A stretch of 64,000 nucleotides of DNA from Escherichia phage vB_EcoM_G2540-3. Shown here one piece after another: positions 9,973 through 21,915 of the stretch. Position 1 is the stretch's first letter. Every line of letters starts with the position of its first letter. The DNA lies in the sequence record MK327944.1; one strand, 5' to 3'. The position numbers and the translations under genes were made by a program. The notes beneath the pieces were generated by a model, which had not been told where the DNA came from, ran no database searches, and saw only the letters and a list, made by a program, of their open reading frames with translations.

Positions 9973-10563
9973 ATGCTCTTTACATTTTTTGATCCGATTG
10001 AATATGCGGCCAAAACGGTGAATAAAAACGCGCCGACTATTCCTATGACAGATATTTTTAGAAACTATAAAGACTATTTCAAACGCGCTCTTGCGGGATA
10101 CCGTTTACGTACTTATTATATTAAAGGTTCACCACGCCCGGAAGAATTAGCAAATGCTATATATGGAAATCCACAGTTGTATTGGGTTTTATTGATGTGT
10201 AATGATAATTATGATCCGTATTATGGATGGATTACTTCGCAAGAAGCTGCTTATCAAGCATCTATACAAAAATACAAAAATGTAGGTGGAGACCAAATAG
10301 TATATCATGTGAATGAGAATGGTGAAAAATTTTATAATTTAATATCATACGATGATAATCCATATGTTTGGTATGACAAAGGCGATAAAGCTAGAAAATA
10401 TCCTCAATATGAAGGAGCACTTGCTGCGGTCGATACGTATGAAGCTGCTGTTCTTGAAAATGAAAAACTTCGTCAAATAAAAATAATAGCAAAATCAGAC
10501 ATTAATTCATTTATGAACGACCTTATACGTATAATGGAGAAATCTTATGGAAATGATAAGTAA
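9973..10563 (+). CDS. 53: baseplate wedge protein gp53
   Basis: 196 aa, T4 gp53 size; immediately upstream of gene 5. Confidence 0.8.
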   Translation: MLFTFFDPIEYAAKTVNKNAPTIPMTDIFRNYKDYFKRALAGYRLRTYYIKGSPRPEELANAIYGNPQLYWVLLMCNDNYDPYYGWITSQEAAYQASIQKYKNVGGDQIVYHVNENGEKFYNLISYDDNPYVWYDKGDKARKYPQYEGALAAVDTYEAAVLENEKLRQIKIIAKSDINSFMNDLIRIMEKSYGNDK

Positions 10564-12274
10564 TAACCTTAATTGGTTTGTTGGTGTTGTTGAAGATAGA
10601 ATGGACCCATTAAAATTAGGTCGTGTTCGTGTTCGTGTGGTTGGTCTGCATCCACCTCAAAGAGCACAAGGCGATGTAATGGGTATTCCAACTGAAAAAT
10701 TACCATGGATGTCAGTTATTCAACCTATAACTTCTGCAGCAATGTCTGGAATTGGAGGTTCTGTTACTGGACCGGTAGAAGGAACTAGAGTTTATGGTCA
10801 TTTTTTAGACAAATGGAAAACTAACGGAATTGTTCTTGGCACGTATGGTGGAATAGTTCGCGAAAAGCCTAATAGACTTGAAGGATTTTCTGACCCGACT
10901 GGACAGTATCCTAGACGTCTAGGAAATGATACTAACGTATTAAACCAAGGCGGAGAAGTAGGATATGATTCGTCTTCTAATATTATCCAAGATAGTAATT
11001 TAGATACTGCGATAAATCCCGATGATAGACCACTATCAGAGATTCCAACTGATGATAATCCAAATATGTCAATGGCTGAAATGCTTCGCCGTGATGAAGG
11101 ATTAAGACTAAAAGTTTATTGGGATACTGAAGGATATCCGACAATTGGTATTGGTCATCTTATCATGAAGCAGCCAGTTCGTGATATGGCCCAAATTAAT
11201 AAAGTTTTATCAAAACAAGTTGGTCGTGAAATTACCGGAAATCCAGGTTCTATTACAATGGAAGAAGCGGTAACTTTATTTGAACGTGATTTAGCTGATA
11301 TGCAACGTGACATTAAATCACATTCTAAAGTTGGCCCAGTTTGGAAAGCAGTTAATCGTTCTCGTCAAATGGCATTAGAAAATATGGCATTTCAGATGGG
11401 TGTTGGCGGTGTAGCTAAATTTAACACAATGTTAACAGCTATGTTAGCCGGAGATTGGGAAAAAGCATATAAAGCTGGTCGTGATTCATTGTGGTATCAA
11501 CAAACAAAAGGCCGTGCATCTCGTGTTACCATGATTATTCTTACAGGGAATTTGGAATCATACGGTATTGAAGTGAAAACACCAGCTAGGTCTTTGTCGG
11601 CAATGGCTGCTACTGTAGCTAAATCTTCTGATCCAGCTGACCCTCCTATTCCGAATGATTCGAGAATTTTATTTAAAGAACCTGTTTCTTCATATAAAGG
11701 TGAATATCCTTATGTGCATACAATGGAAACTGAAAGCGGTCATATTCAGGAATTTGATGATACCCCTGGGCAAGAACGATATAGATTAGTTCATCCGACT
11801 GGAACGTATGAGGAAGTGTCACCGTCAGGAAGAAGAACAAGAAAAACTGTTGATAATTTGTATGATATAACAAACGCTGACGGTAATTTTTTGGTAGCCG
11901 GCGATAAAAAGACTAACGTCGGTGGATCAGAAATTTATTACAACATGGATAATCGTCTTCACCAAATAGATGGAAGCAATACGATATTTGTGCGTGGCGA
12001 TGAAACTAAGACGGTTGAAGGTAATGGAACTATCCTAGTCAAAGGTAATGTTACTATTGTAGTTGAAGGTAATGCTGACATTACAGTTAAAGGGGATGCT
12101 ACTACTTTAGTTGAAGGAAATCAAACTAACACAGTAAATGGAAATCTTTCTTGGAAAGTTGCTGGGACAGTTGATTGGGACGTTGGTGGTGATTGGACAG
12201 AAAAAATGGCATCTATGAGTTCTATTTCATCTGGTCAATACACAATTGATGGATCGAGGATTGACATTGGCTAA
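10547..12274 (+). CDS. 5: baseplate hub / cell-puncturing protein with lysozyme domain
   Basis: 575 aa; N-terminus MEMISNNLNWFVGVVED; internal lysozyme-like MAEMLRRDEGLRLKVYWDTEGYPTIGIGHL; C-terminal VxGxxxxx beta-helix repeats. Confidence 0.9.
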   Translation: MEMISNNLNWFVGVVEDRMDPLKLGRVRVRVVGLHPPQRAQGDVMGIPTEKLPWMSVIQPITSAAMSGIGGSVTGPVEGTRVYGHFLDKWKTNGIVLGTYGGIVREKPNRLEGFSDPTGQYPRRLGNDTNVLNQGGEVGYDSSSNIIQDSNLDTAINPDDRPLSEIPTDDNPNMSMAEMLRRDEGLRLKVYWDTEGYPTIGIGHLIMKQPVRDMAQINKVLSKQVGREITGNPGSITMEEAVTLFERDLADMQRDIKSHSKVGPVWKAVNRSRQMALENMAFQMGVGGVAKFNTMLTAMLAGDWEKAYKAGRDSLWYQQTKGRASRVTMIILTGNLESYGIEVKTPARSLSAMAATVAKSSDPADPPIPNDSRILFKEPVSSYKGEYPYVHTMETESGHIQEFDDTPGQERYRLVHPTGTYEEVSPSGRRTRKTVDNLYDITNADGNFLVAGDKKTNVGGSEIYYNMDNRLHQIDGSNTIFVRGDETKTVEGNGTILVKGNVTIVVEGNADITVKGDATTLVEGNQTNTVNGNLSWKVAGTVDWDVGGDWTEKMASMSSISSGQYTIDGSRIDIG

Positions 12275-12803
12275 TATACTTCCAATGAGCGCTGATTTAG
12301 GAGAATCCATGGAAGGTTCTTCTATCGACGTCACCTTTACCGCTCAATTAGAAACAGGTGAAACGTTAGTATCTATAAATATAACTAGTTACGAAGAAAC
12401 TCCTGGGGTTTTAGTAGAAGAAAATCGCTTATACGGAACATATGAATCTGTGTTTGGATTTGGAAATGACGCGTTGAAATATCGTTTAGGCGATGAATTT
12501 AAAACTGCTGCTTCATGGGAAGAACTTCCTACTGATTCTGATACTCAGTTGTATTTATGGAAAGCTCCTCAAAACCTCCAGAAGACATTCACTTACGAAG
12601 TAACATTAATATATGACTACCAAGAACAAAGTGAATCTGGAGGTTCTGGCAGTAATTCTAGGTCATCTTCTGATACTACTGAACCGACAGATCCTCCTGC
12701 TCCAGTAAGAAAAACTCTCGTTAAAAATTATACTAAAACTATAGTTGGAAATTGGAGTCGTTGGGCTAATAAATTAAGAAGCTATGTGTATGAGAGGTCA
12801 TAG
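12246..12803 (+). CDS. 5.1: hypothetical protein, gp5.1-like (start uncertain)
   Basis: 185-aa ORF between genes 5 and 5.4. Confidence 0.6.
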
Positions 12804-13097
12804 ATGTCAGGATTAAGTTATGATAAATGTGTTACTGCTGGTCATGAAGCATGGCCTCCAACAGTTGTGAATGCTACACAAAGTAAAGTATTCACTGGAG
12901 GAATTGCTGTTCTCGTAGCAGGTGATCCAATTACAGAACATACAGAAATTAAAAAGCCATATGAAACACATGGCGGAGTGACACAACCCAGAACTTCTAA
13001 GGTATATGTCACTGGAAAGAAAGCTGTTCAAATGGCTGATCCAATATCATGCGGTGATACTGTGGCTCAGGCATCATCTAAAGTATTCATTAAATAG
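12804..13097 (+). CDS. 5.4: PAAR-type spike-tip protein gp5.4
   Basis: 97 aa, small beta-rich protein after gene 5; T4 gp5.4 size. Confidence 0.7.
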
Positions 13098-13105
13098 GAT
13101 TTAAA

Positions 13106-15088
13106 ATGGCAAATACCCCTGTAAATTATCAATTAACAAGAACAGCAAATGCTATTCCCGAGATATTCGTCGGGGGTACGTTTGCTGAAATAAAACAAAA
13201 CCTCATTGAATGGCTTAATGGCCAAAATGAATTTTTGGATTATGATTTTGAAGGCTCAAGATTAAACGTTCTGTGTGACCTTTTAGCTTATAATACATTG
13301 TACATTCAACAGTTTGGTAATGCTGCTGTGTATGAAAGCTTTATGCGTACTGCTAACTTACGAAGTTCAGTTGTTCAAGCTGCACAAGATAACGGATATT
13401 TACCTACTTCAAAATCCGCTGCGCAGACCGAAATTATGTTAACATGCACCGACGCATTGAATAGGAATTACATTACTATTCCTCGCGGAACTCGCTTTTT
13501 AGCATATGCAAAAGATACTTCTGTTAATCCATATAACTTCGTTTCTACCGAAGACGTTATTGCTATTCGTGATAAAAATAACCAATATTTTCCGCGTTTA
13601 AAATTGGCCCAGGGACGTATAGTAAGAACTGAAATCATTTATGATAAATTAACACCTATTATCATTTATGATAAAAATATTGATAGAAACCAGGTTAAAT
13701 TATACGTTGATGGAGCAGAATGGATTAACTGGACAAGAAAGTCAATGGTTCATGCTGGTTCTACATCGACAATTTACTACATGCGTGAAACTATTGATGG
13801 AAATACTGAATTCTATTTTGGTGAAGGTGAAATTTCTGTTAATGCTTCTGAAGGAGCTTTGACCGCTAATTATATCGGAGGTCTTAAACCTACTCAGAAC
13901 TCTACGATTGTTATTGAGTACATCAGTACTAATGGTGCTGACGCGAACGGAGCAGTCGGATTTTCATACGCAGATACATTAACAAATATAACTGTCATCA
14001 ATATTAATGAAAATCCAAACGATGACCCAGATTTTGTTGGGGCAGATGGCGGCGGTGATCCAGAAGATATTGAGCGTATCCGCGAATTGGGTACTATTAA
14101 ACGCGAAACCCAGCAACGCTGCGTAACTGCGACTGACTATGATACATTCGTTTCAGAGAGATTTGGTTCTATTATTCAAGCAGTTCAGACTTTCACTGAT
14201 TCTACTAAACCTGGTTATGCATTTATTGCTGCTAAACCTAAATCAGGTCTGTATTTAACTACTGTACAGCGTGAAGATATTAAAAATTATCTCAAAGACT
14301 ATAATTTAGCTCCTATTACGCCATCAATTATTTCTCCTAATTATCTTTTTATTAAGACTAATTTAAAAGTCACATATGCTTTAAATAAGCTGCAAGAATC
14401 CGAACAGTGGCTCGAAGGTCAAATAATTGATAAAATTGATCGTTATTATACCGAAGATGTAGAAATTTTTAACTCATCTTTCGCTAAATCTAAGATGCTG
14501 ACATACGTAGATGATGCAGATCATTCTATCATTGGCTCATCCGCGACAATTCAAATGGTACGTGAAGTACAAAACTTCTATAAAACGCCTGAAGCGGGTA
14601 TTAAATACAATAATCAAATAAAAGATCGTTCTATGGAATCTAATACGTTTTCATTTAATTCCGGACGAAAGGTTGTAAATCCTGATACTGGCTTAGAAGA
14701 AGATGTATTATATGACGTTCGTATAGTATCAACAGACCGAGATTCTAAAGGAATTGGTAAAGTTATTATTGGTCCATTTGCTTCGGGTGATGTTACAGAA
14801 AATGAAAACATTCAGCCATATACAGGCAACGATTTTAACAAATTAGCAAATTCTGATGGACGCGACAAATACTATGTTATCGGTGAAATAAATTATCCAG
14901 CTGATGTGATTTATTGGAATATCGCTAAAATTAATTTAACATCTGAAAAATTTGAAGTTCAGACCATCGAATTATATTCTGACCCAACCGATGATGTTAT
15001 CTTTACTCGCGACGGTTCACTGATTGTATTTGAAAATGACTTACGTCCACAATACTTAACTATCGATTTGGAGCCTATATCACAATGA
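13106..15088 (+). CDS. 6: baseplate wedge protein gp6
   Basis: 660 aa, T4 gp6 size and order. Confidence 0.85.
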   Translation: MANTPVNYQLTRTANAIPEIFVGGTFAEIKQNLIEWLNGQNEFLDYDFEGSRLNVLCDLLAYNTLYIQQFGNAAVYESFMRTANLRSSVVQAAQDNGYLPTSKSAAQTEIMLTCTDALNRNYITIPRGTRFLAYAKDTSVNPYNFVSTEDVIAIRDKNNQYFPRLKLAQGRIVRTEIIYDKLTPIIIYDKNIDRNQVKLYVDGAEWINWTRKSMVHAGSTSTIYYMRETIDGNTEFYFGEGEISVNASEGALTANYIGGLKPTQNSTIVIEYISTNGADANGAVGFSYADTLTNITVININENPNDDPDFVGADGGGDPEDIERIRELGTIKRETQQRCVTATDYDTFVSERFGSIIQAVQTFTDSTKPGYAFIAAKPKSGLYLTTVQREDIKNYLKDYNLAPITPSIISPNYLFIKTNLKVTYALNKLQESEQWLEGQIIDKIDRYYTEDVEIFNSSFAKSKMLTYVDDADHSIIGSSATIQMVREVQNFYKTPEAGIKYNNQIKDRSMESNTFSFNSGRKVVNPDTGLEEDVLYDVRIVSTDRDSKGIGKVIIGPFASGDVTENENIQPYTGNDFNKLANSDGRDKYYVIGEINYPADVIYWNIAKINLTSEKFEVQTIELYSDPTDDVIFTRDGSLIVFENDLRPQYLTIDLEPISQ

Positions 15089-18000
15089 CAGTAAAAGCAC
15101 CTTCAGTCACTAGTCTCAGAATTTCCAAGTTATCCGCAAATCAGGTGCAAGTACGCTGGGATGACGTTGGTGCTAATTTCTACTATTTTGTAGAAATCGC
15201 TGAGACAAAAACGAACTCGGGGGAAAATCTCCCGAGTAATCAATACAGATGGATTAACTTAGGATATACTGCAAATAACAGCTTCTTTTTTGATGATGCT
15301 GACCCATTGACATCATACATTATCAGAGTAGCTACAGCTGCGCAAGATTTTGAGCAGTCTGATTGGATTTATACCGAAGAGTTTGAAACTTTTGCTACAA
15401 ATGCTTATACATTTCAAAACATGATTGAAATGCAATTAGCCAATAAATTCATTCAGGAAAAATTTACTCTTAATAATTCTGATTATGTTAATTTTAACAA
15501 TGACACTATAATGGCTGCATTGATGAATGAATCATTTCAATTCAGCCCATCGTATGTTGATGTTTCATCAATAAGTAATTTTATTATTGGTGAAAATGAG
15601 TATCATGAAATACAAGGTTCTATTCAGCAAGTATGTAAGGATATTAACCGAGTTTATTTGATGGAATCAGAAGGAATTCTATATCTTTTTGAGCGCTATC
15701 AACCTGTAGTTAAAGTATCCAATGATAAAGGACAAACCTGGAAAGCCGTAAAGCTCTTCAATGACCGTGTAGGATATCCTTTATCTAAGACAGTATATTA
15801 CCAATCTGCGAACACAACATACGTTCTAGGATACGACAAGATTTTCTATGGCCGTAAATCGACTGACGTTAGATGGTCAGCAGATGATGTCAGATTCAGT
15901 TCGCAGGATATAACATTTGCTAAACTTGGCGACCAGTTACATTTAGGATTTGATGTAGAAATCTTTGGTACTTATGCGACTTTACCAGCGAATGTATATC
16001 GTATAGCTGAAGCCATTACTTGTACGGATGATTATATCTATGTTGTTGCCAGAGATAAAGTTAGATATATAAAAACGAGCAATGCACCTATAGATTCTGA
16101 TCCATTATCTCCAACATATTCGGAAAGGCTATTTGAATCTGATACAATGACTATAACTGGAAATCCTAAAGCAGTATGCTATAAAATGGATTCTATTGGT
16201 GATAAAGTTTTTGCTCTTATTATCGGTGAAGTTGAAACATTAAATGCTAATCCTAGAACGTCAAAAATAATTGATTCTACTGATAAAGGAATATATGTTT
16301 TAAATCATGACACAAAAACGTGGAAAAGAGTTTTTGGCAACACTGAAGAAGAAAGAAGACGTATTCAACCTGGGTATGCGAATATGTCAACTGATGGTAA
16401 ATTAGTTTCTCTATCTTCGAGTAATTTTAAATTTTTAAATGATAACGTTGTTAATGACCCTGAAACTGTAGCAAAATATCAGTTAATCGGTGCCGTTAAA
16501 TATGAATTTCCTCGTGAATGGTTAGCTGATAAGCATTATCATATGATGGCATTTATAGCAGATGAAAAGTCTGATTGGGAAACTTTTACGCCTCAGCCAA
16601 TGAAATACTACGCAGAACCGTTCTTTAATTGGTCTAAAAAATCTAACACACGCTGTTGGATAAACAACTCTAATAGAGCTGTAGTAGTTTATGCTGATTT
16701 AAAATACACTAAAGTTATAGAAAATATTCCGGAAACATCACCAGATAGATTAGTTCATGAATACTGGGATGATGGTGATTGTACGATAGTAATGCCAAAT
16801 GTTAAATTCACGGGATTTAAAAAATATGCGTCTGGGATGCTTTTTTATAAATCTTCTGGTGAAATAATTTCTTATTATGATTTTAACTATCGTGTGAGAG
16901 ATACAGTAGAAATTATTTGGAAGCCGACTGGAGTATTTTTAAAAGCATTTTTACAAAACCAAGAGCATGAGACTCCTTGGTCGCCAGAAGAAGAGCATGG
17001 ATTAGCTGACCCTGATTTAAGACCATTAATTGGCACAATGATGCCTGATTCTTATTTGTTGCAGGATTCGAATTTTGAGGCATTTTGCGAAGCATATATT
17101 CAGTATCTTTCTGATGGATATGGAACTCAGTATAACAATTTACGAAATTTAATTCGTAATCAGTATCCACGAGAAGAGCATGCGTGGGAATATTTGTGGT
17201 CAGAGATATATAAAAGAAACATTTATTTAAATGCTGACAAACGTGATGCTGTTGCAAGATTTTTTGAATCACGTAGTTATGATTTTTATTCTACTAAAGG
17301 AATTGAAGCATCATACAAGTTTCTTTTTAAAGTTCTTTATAATGAAGAAGTTGAAATTGAAATTGAATCTGGGGCCGGTACTGAATATGACATAATCGTT
17401 CAATCTGATTCTTTGACTGAAGATTTAGTAGGACAAACGATTTATACGGCAACAGGAAGATGTAATGTTACTTATATAGAAAGAAGTTATTCTAATGGTA
17501 AATTGCAATGGACCGTAACTATTCATAATCTTTTGGGAAGATTAATTGCTGGTCAAGAAGTTAAAGCAGAAAGACTCCCTAGTTTTGAAGGCGAAATTAT
17601 TCGTGGAGTTAAAGGAAAGGATTTGCTTCAAAACAATATAGACTATATTAATAGAAGTAGATCATACTATGTAATGAAAATTAAATCCAATTTACCTTCT
17701 TCCCGCTGGAAATCTGACGTTATTCGTTTTGTTCATCCAGTAGGATTTGGATTTATAGCAATTACCCTTTTAACGATGTTTATTAATGTTGGTTTAACTC
17801 TTAAACACACAGAGACAATAATTAATAAATATAAAAACTATAAATGGGATTCTGGATTGCCTACTGAATATGCTGATAGAGTAGCTAAATTAACTCCAAC
17901 CGGTGAAATTGAGCATGATTCAGTAACAGGCGAAGCAATTTATGAGCCTGGCCCAATGGCTGGTGTAGAATATCCTCTTCCTGATGACTATAATGCTGAA

Positions 18001-18183
18001 AATAATAATTCAATATTTCAAGGTCAATTGCCGTCTGAACGACGTAAATTAATGAGTCCCCTATTTGATGCTTCTGGAACAACATTTGCGCAATTTAGGG
18101 ATTTAGTTAATAAACGTCTAAAAGATAATATAGGAAATCCAAGAGACCCTGAAAATCCAACACAGGTTAAAATAGATGAATGA
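15085..18183 (+). CDS. 7: baseplate wedge protein gp7
   Basis: 1032 aa, T4 gp7 size; ATGA overlap with gene 6. Confidence 0.85.
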   Translation: MTVKAPSVTSLRISKLSANQVQVRWDDVGANFYYFVEIAETKTNSGENLPSNQYRWINLGYTANNSFFFDDADPLTSYIIRVATAAQDFEQSDWIYTEEFETFATNAYTFQNMIEMQLANKFIQEKFTLNNSDYVNFNNDTIMAALMNESFQFSPSYVDVSSISNFIIGENEYHEIQGSIQQVCKDINRVYLMESEGILYLFERYQPVVKVSNDKGQTWKAVKLFNDRVGYPLSKTVYYQSANTTYVLGYDKIFYGRKSTDVRWSADDVRFSSQDITFAKLGDQLHLGFDVEIFGTYATLPANVYRIAEAITCTDDYIYVVARDKVRYIKTSNAPIDSDPLSPTYSERLFESDTMTITGNPKAVCYKMDSIGDKVFALIIGEVETLNANPRTSKIIDSTDKGIYVLNHDTKTWKRVFGNTEEERRRIQPGYANMSTDGKLVSLSSSNFKFLNDNVVNDPETVAKYQLIGAVKYEFPREWLADKHYHMMAFIADEKSDWETFTPQPMKYYAEPFFNWSKKSNTRCWINNSNRAVVVYADLKYTKVIENIPETSPDRLVHEYWDDGDCTIVMPNVKFTGFKKYASGMLFYKSSGEIISYYDFNYRVRDTVEIIWKPTGVFLKAFLQNQEHETPWSPEEEHGLADPDLRPLIGTMMPDSYLLQDSNFEAFCEAYIQYLSDGYGTQYNNLRNLIRNQYPREEHAWEYLWSEIYKRNIYLNADKRDAVARFFESRSYDFYSTKGIEASYKFLFKVLYNEEVEIEIESGAGTEYDIIVQSDSLTEDLVGQTIYTATGRCNVTYIERSYSNGKLQWTVTIHNLLGRLIAGQEVKAERLPSFEGEIIRGVKGKDLLQNNIDYINRSRSYYVMKIKSNLPSSRWKSDVIRFVHPVGFGFIAITLLTMFINVGLTLKHTETIINKYKNYKWDSGLPTEYADRVAKLTPTGEIEHDSVTGEAIYEPGPMAGVEYPLPDDYNAENNNSIFQGQLPSERRKLMSPLFDASGTTFAQFRDLVNKRLKDNIGNPRDPENPTQVKIDE

Positions 18184-19180
18184 TTCAAGTGTTATCTATC
18201 GTGCGATAGTTACTTCAAAATTTAGAACAGAAAAAATGTTGAATTTTTATAATTCAATTGGAAGTGGTCCGGATAAAAACACTATCTTTATCACATTTGG
18301 AAGATCAGAACCGTGGTCATCAAATGAAAATGAGGTGGGCTTTGCCCCACCTTATCCAACCGATTCTGTATTAGGCGTAACTGACATGTGGACGCATATG
18401 ATGGGAACAGTAAAGGTTCTTCCATCAATGCTTGACGCAGTTATTCCTCGTCGAGATTGGGGAGATACTAGATATCCGGATCCATACACATTTAGAATTA
18501 ACGATATTGTAGTGTGTAACTCAGCTCCTTACAACGCTACTGAATCAGGCGCAGGCTGGTTAGTATATCGTTGTTTAGATGTTCCTGATACTGGAATGTG
18601 TTCAATTGCATCTTTAACTGATAAGGATGAATGCCTTAAATTAGGCGGAAAATGGACTCCTTCTGTTAGGTCAATGACTCCTCCTGAAGGTCGAGGAGAT
18701 GCGGAAGGAACAATCGAACCTGGAGACGGATATGTTTGGGAATATCTTTTTGAGATTCCGCCTGATGTATCTATAAATAGATGCACAAATGAATATATCG
18801 TAGTTCCTTGGCCTGAGGAATTAAAAGAAGATCCAACTAGATGGGGGTATGAAGATAATCTCACTTGGCAGCAAGATGATTTTGGATTAATTTACCGGGT
18901 TAAGGCAAATACTATCCGTTTTAAAGCATATTTAGATTCAGTTTATTTTCCTGATGCTGCATTGCCAGGAAATAAAGGATTTAGACAAATATCAATAATC
19001 ACGAATCCTCTTGAAGCTAAAGCTCATCCAAATGACCCAAACGTTAAAGCTGAAAAGGATTATTATGACCCAGAAGATTTAATGAGGCATTCGGGCGAAA
19101 TGATTTATATGGAAAATAGGCCACCTATTATCATGGCAATGGATCAGACAGAAGAAATCAATATTCTGTTTACATTTTAA
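18176..19180 (+). CDS. 8: baseplate wedge protein gp8
   Basis: 334 aa, T4 gp8 size. Confidence 0.85.
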   Translation: MNDSSVIYRAIVTSKFRTEKMLNFYNSIGSGPDKNTIFITFGRSEPWSSNENEVGFAPPYPTDSVLGVTDMWTHMMGTVKVLPSMLDAVIPRRDWGDTRYPDPYTFRINDIVVCNSAPYNATESGAGWLVYRCLDVPDTGMCSIASLTDKDECLKLGGKWTPSVRSMTPPEGRGDAEGTIEPGDGYVWEYLFEIPPDVSINRCTNEYIVVPWPEELKEDPTRWGYEDNLTWQQDDFGLIYRVKANTIRFKAYLDSVYFPDAALPGNKGFRQISIITNPLEAKAHPNDPNVKAEKDYYDPEDLMRHSGEMIYMENRPPIIMAMDQTEEINILFTF

Positions 19181-19184
19181 ATTA

Positions 19185-19210
19185 AGGGAGCCCATGGGCT
19201 CCCTTTTTCT
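19185..19210 (+). terminator. rho-independent terminator after gene 8
   Basis: Palindrome AGGGAGCCCATGGGCTCCCT followed by TTTTT. Confidence 0.7.
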
Positions 19211-19211
19211 T

Positions 19212-19219
19212 TATAAATA
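19212..19219 (+). promoter_or_regulatory. late promoter TATAAATA for gene 9
   Basis: Exact motif 25 bp upstream of gene 9 ATG. Confidence 0.65.
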
Positions 19220-19243
19220 CTATAAACTCATAAGGAAACCGCT

Positions 19244-20110
19244 ATGTTCATTCAAGAACCAAAGAAATTGATTGATACCGGCGAAATTGGTAACGCTTCT
19301 ACTGGTGATATCTTATTCGACGGTGGTAATAAAATTAATAGTGATTTTAACGCAATTTATAATGCGTTTGGCGATCAGCGTAAAATGGCAGTAGCAAATG
19401 GCACTGGAGCAGATGGTCAAATTATCCATGCTACTGGGTATTATCAAAAACACTCTATTACAGAGTACGCAACTCCAGTGAAAGTTGGCACTAGACATGA
19501 TATTGATACCTCTACTGTAGGTGTTAAAGTTATTATTGAAAGAGGCGAACTCGGCGATTGTGTTGAATTCATTAACTCTAATGGATCAATATCAGTTACT
19601 AATCCTTTAACGATTCAAGCTATTGATTCAATTAAAGGTGTTTCAGGTAATTTAGTAGTAACTAGCCCATATAGTAAAGTAACTTTACGCTGTATTTCAT
19701 CTGATAATTCTACATCGGTTTGGAATTATTCTATTGAAAGTATGTTTGGACAAAAGGAATCACCAGCTGAAGGTACATGGAATATTTCTACATCCGGATC
19801 AGTTGATATTCCACTATTTCATCGCACTGAATACAATATGGCTAAATTGCTAGTTACGTGCCAATCAGTAGATGGAAGAAAAATTAAAACAGCAGAAATA
19901 AATATTCTTGTGGATACTGTTAATTCAGAAGTTATTTCTTCTGAGTATGCTGTCATGAGAGTTGGAAATGAAACAGAAGAAGACGAGATTGCTAATATTG
20001 CATTTAGTATTAAAACCAACTATGTAACGGCGACTATAAGTTCTTCTACCGTTGGCATGAGAGCAGCAGTTAAAGTTATCGCTACGCAGAAAATCGGGGT
20101 GGCTCAATAA
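19244..20110 (+). CDS. 9: baseplate protein gp9 (long tail fibre socket)
   Basis: 288 aa, T4 gp9 size. Confidence 0.85.
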   Translation: MFIQEPKKLIDTGEIGNASTGDILFDGGNKINSDFNAIYNAFGDQRKMAVANGTGADGQIIHATGYYQKHSITEYATPVKVGTRHDIDTSTVGVKVIIERGELGDCVEFINSNGSISVTNPLTIQAIDSIKGVSGNLVVTSPYSKVTLRCISSDNSTSVWNYSIESMFGQKESPAEGTWNISTSGSVDIPLFHRTEYNMAKLLVTCQSVDGRKIKTAEINILVDTVNSEVISSEYAVMRVGNETEEDEIANIAFSIKTNYVTATISSSTVGMRAAVKVIATQKIGVAQ

Positions 20111-21915
20111 TGAAACAAAATATTAATATCGGTAATGTTGTTGATGATGGTACCGGTGACTACCTGCGTAAAGGTGGTATAAAAATAAATGAAAACTTTG
20201 ATGAACTTTATTATGAACTTGGCGATGGAGATGTTCCATATTCAGCCGGTGCCTGGAAAACTTATAATGCTTCATCCGGTCAAACATTAAAAGCTAAGTG
20301 GGGAAAATCATACGCTATTAATACCTCTTCTGGAAGAGTAACTTTACAACTTCCTAAAGGAACTGTTAATGATTATAATAAAGTAATTAGAGCTAGGGAT
20401 GTATTTGCAACATGGAACATTAATCCAGTTACTTTAGTAGCTGCTTCTGGGGATACAATTAAAGGGTCGTCATCGTCAGTTGAAATTAATATTCAATTTA
20501 GTGATTTAGAGCTCGTTTATTGCGCTCCAGGACGTTGGGAATATGTCAAAAACAAACAAATTGACAAAATTATTAGTTCAGATATTAGTAATGTAGCACG
20601 TAAAGAATTTTTAGTCGAAGTTCAAGGACAAACAGACTTTTTAGATGTTTTCCGCGGAACTAGCTATAATGTTAATAACATCCGAGTAAAACACCGTGGT
20701 AATGAATTATATTACGGCGATGTATTTAGTGAAAACAGTGACTTTGGCTCTCCCGGAGAAAATGAAGGAGAATTGATTCCTCTTGATGGATTTAATATTA
20801 GGTTAAGACAGCCTTGTAATATTGGTGACACTGTTCAAATTGAAACATTTATGGATGGTGTATCACAATGGAGAAGTTCATATACAAGACGCCAAATAAA
20901 AGTACTGGATTCAAAACTAACGTCAAAAACGTCTTTAGAAGGAAGTATTTACGTTACTGATTTATCAACAATGAAATCAATTCCATTTTCTGCATTTGGA
21001 TTAATTCCTGGAGAACCTATTAATCCTAATTCTCTTGAAGTTCGTTTTAATGGAATTTTACAACAACAAGCTGGAACAGCAGGATATCCTCTGTTTTTGT
21101 GTGAAGGTGCTAACTCAGATACGCAAGCAGGATGTATATCTCTTGGTGGTGAATGGAAAGAATCGAACACAGATTATTCTATAGAATATGAAGATGGAAA
21201 ACCTGTCAGTCTTTTATTTGATAGAAAATTTGAATCAGGTGATATAATCGTTATAACATGGTTTAATAATGATTTAGGAACTCTTTTAGAAAAAGATGAC
21301 ATTATTGAATTAACTGATGACCGTTATGTTAGTAAAGGATCATCTACTGAAGTTACTGGGGATGTAGCCTTAACAGATTTTGATAAAATCGGTTGGCCAA
21401 ATGTTGAAAAAGTTGATTCTTATACTAGAACGTATAATTCAATATCATCTATTTTCGACAGCATTTATCCTGTTGGTTCAATTTATGAAAATGCTATAAA
21501 CCCAAATAATCCGGTGACTTATATGGGATTTGGTTCATGGAAATTATTTGGTAAAGGACAAGTTTTAGTAGGATGGAATGATGATGTTACGGATCCAAAC
21601 TTTGCTTTAAACAATAATGATTTAGATTCTAGCGGAAATCCTTCACATACTGCCGGTGGAACAGTTGGTACAACATCAGTAACGCTTGAAAACGCAAATC
21701 TTCCTGCGACTAAAACTGATGAAAGAGTTTTAATTGAAGACGAAAATGGATCAGTTATTATTGGAGGATGTCAATATGACCCAGACGAAACTGGTCCTAT
21801 ATATACAAAATATCGTGAAGACTACGCAACAACAAACTCTTCACATACTCCTCCTACTAATATTAGTAATATTCAACCGTCTATTACTGTATACCGTTGG
21901 ATAAGGATTGCATAA
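20110..21915 (+). CDS. 10: baseplate wedge protein gp10
   Basis: 601 aa (T4 gp10 about 602). Confidence 0.85.
   Translation: MKQNINIGNVVDDGTGDYLRKGGIKINENFDELYYELGDGDVPYSAGAWKTYNASSGQTLKAKWGKSYAINTSSGRVTLQLPKGTVNDYNKVIRARDVFATWNINPVTLVAASGDTIKGSSSSVEINIQFSDLELVYCAPGRWEYVKNKQIDKIISSDISNVARKEFLVEVQGQTDFLDVFRGTSYNVNNIRVKHRGNELYYGDVFSENSDFGSPGENEGELIPLDGFNIRLRQPCNIGDTVQIETFMDGVSQWRSSYTRRQIKVLDSKLTSKTSLEGSIYVTDLSTMKSIPFSAFGLIPGEPINPNSLEVRFNGILQQQAGTAGYPLFLCEGANSDTQAGCISLGGEWKESNTDYSIEYEDGKPVSLLFDRKFESGDIIVITWFNNDLGTLLEKDDIIELTDDRYVSKGSSTEVTGDVALTDFDKIGWPNVEKVDSYTRTYNSISSIFDSIYPVGSIYENAINPNNPVTYMGFGSWKLFGKGQVLVGWNDDVTDPNFALNNNDLDSSGNPSHTAGGTVGTTSVTLENANLPATKTDERVLIEDENGSVIIGGCQYDPDETGPIYTKYREDYATTNSSHTPPTNISNIQPSITVYRWIRIA

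Noticed and set aside
11673-13031. Minus-strand ORFs 11673..11873 and 12813..13031 within genes 5 and 5.4
   Set aside because: Antisense to confidently assigned structural genes.
16913-17272. 119-aa minus-strand ORF inside gene 7
   Set aside because: Antisense to a long, well-supported structural gene with no RBS or promoter; typical spurious frame.
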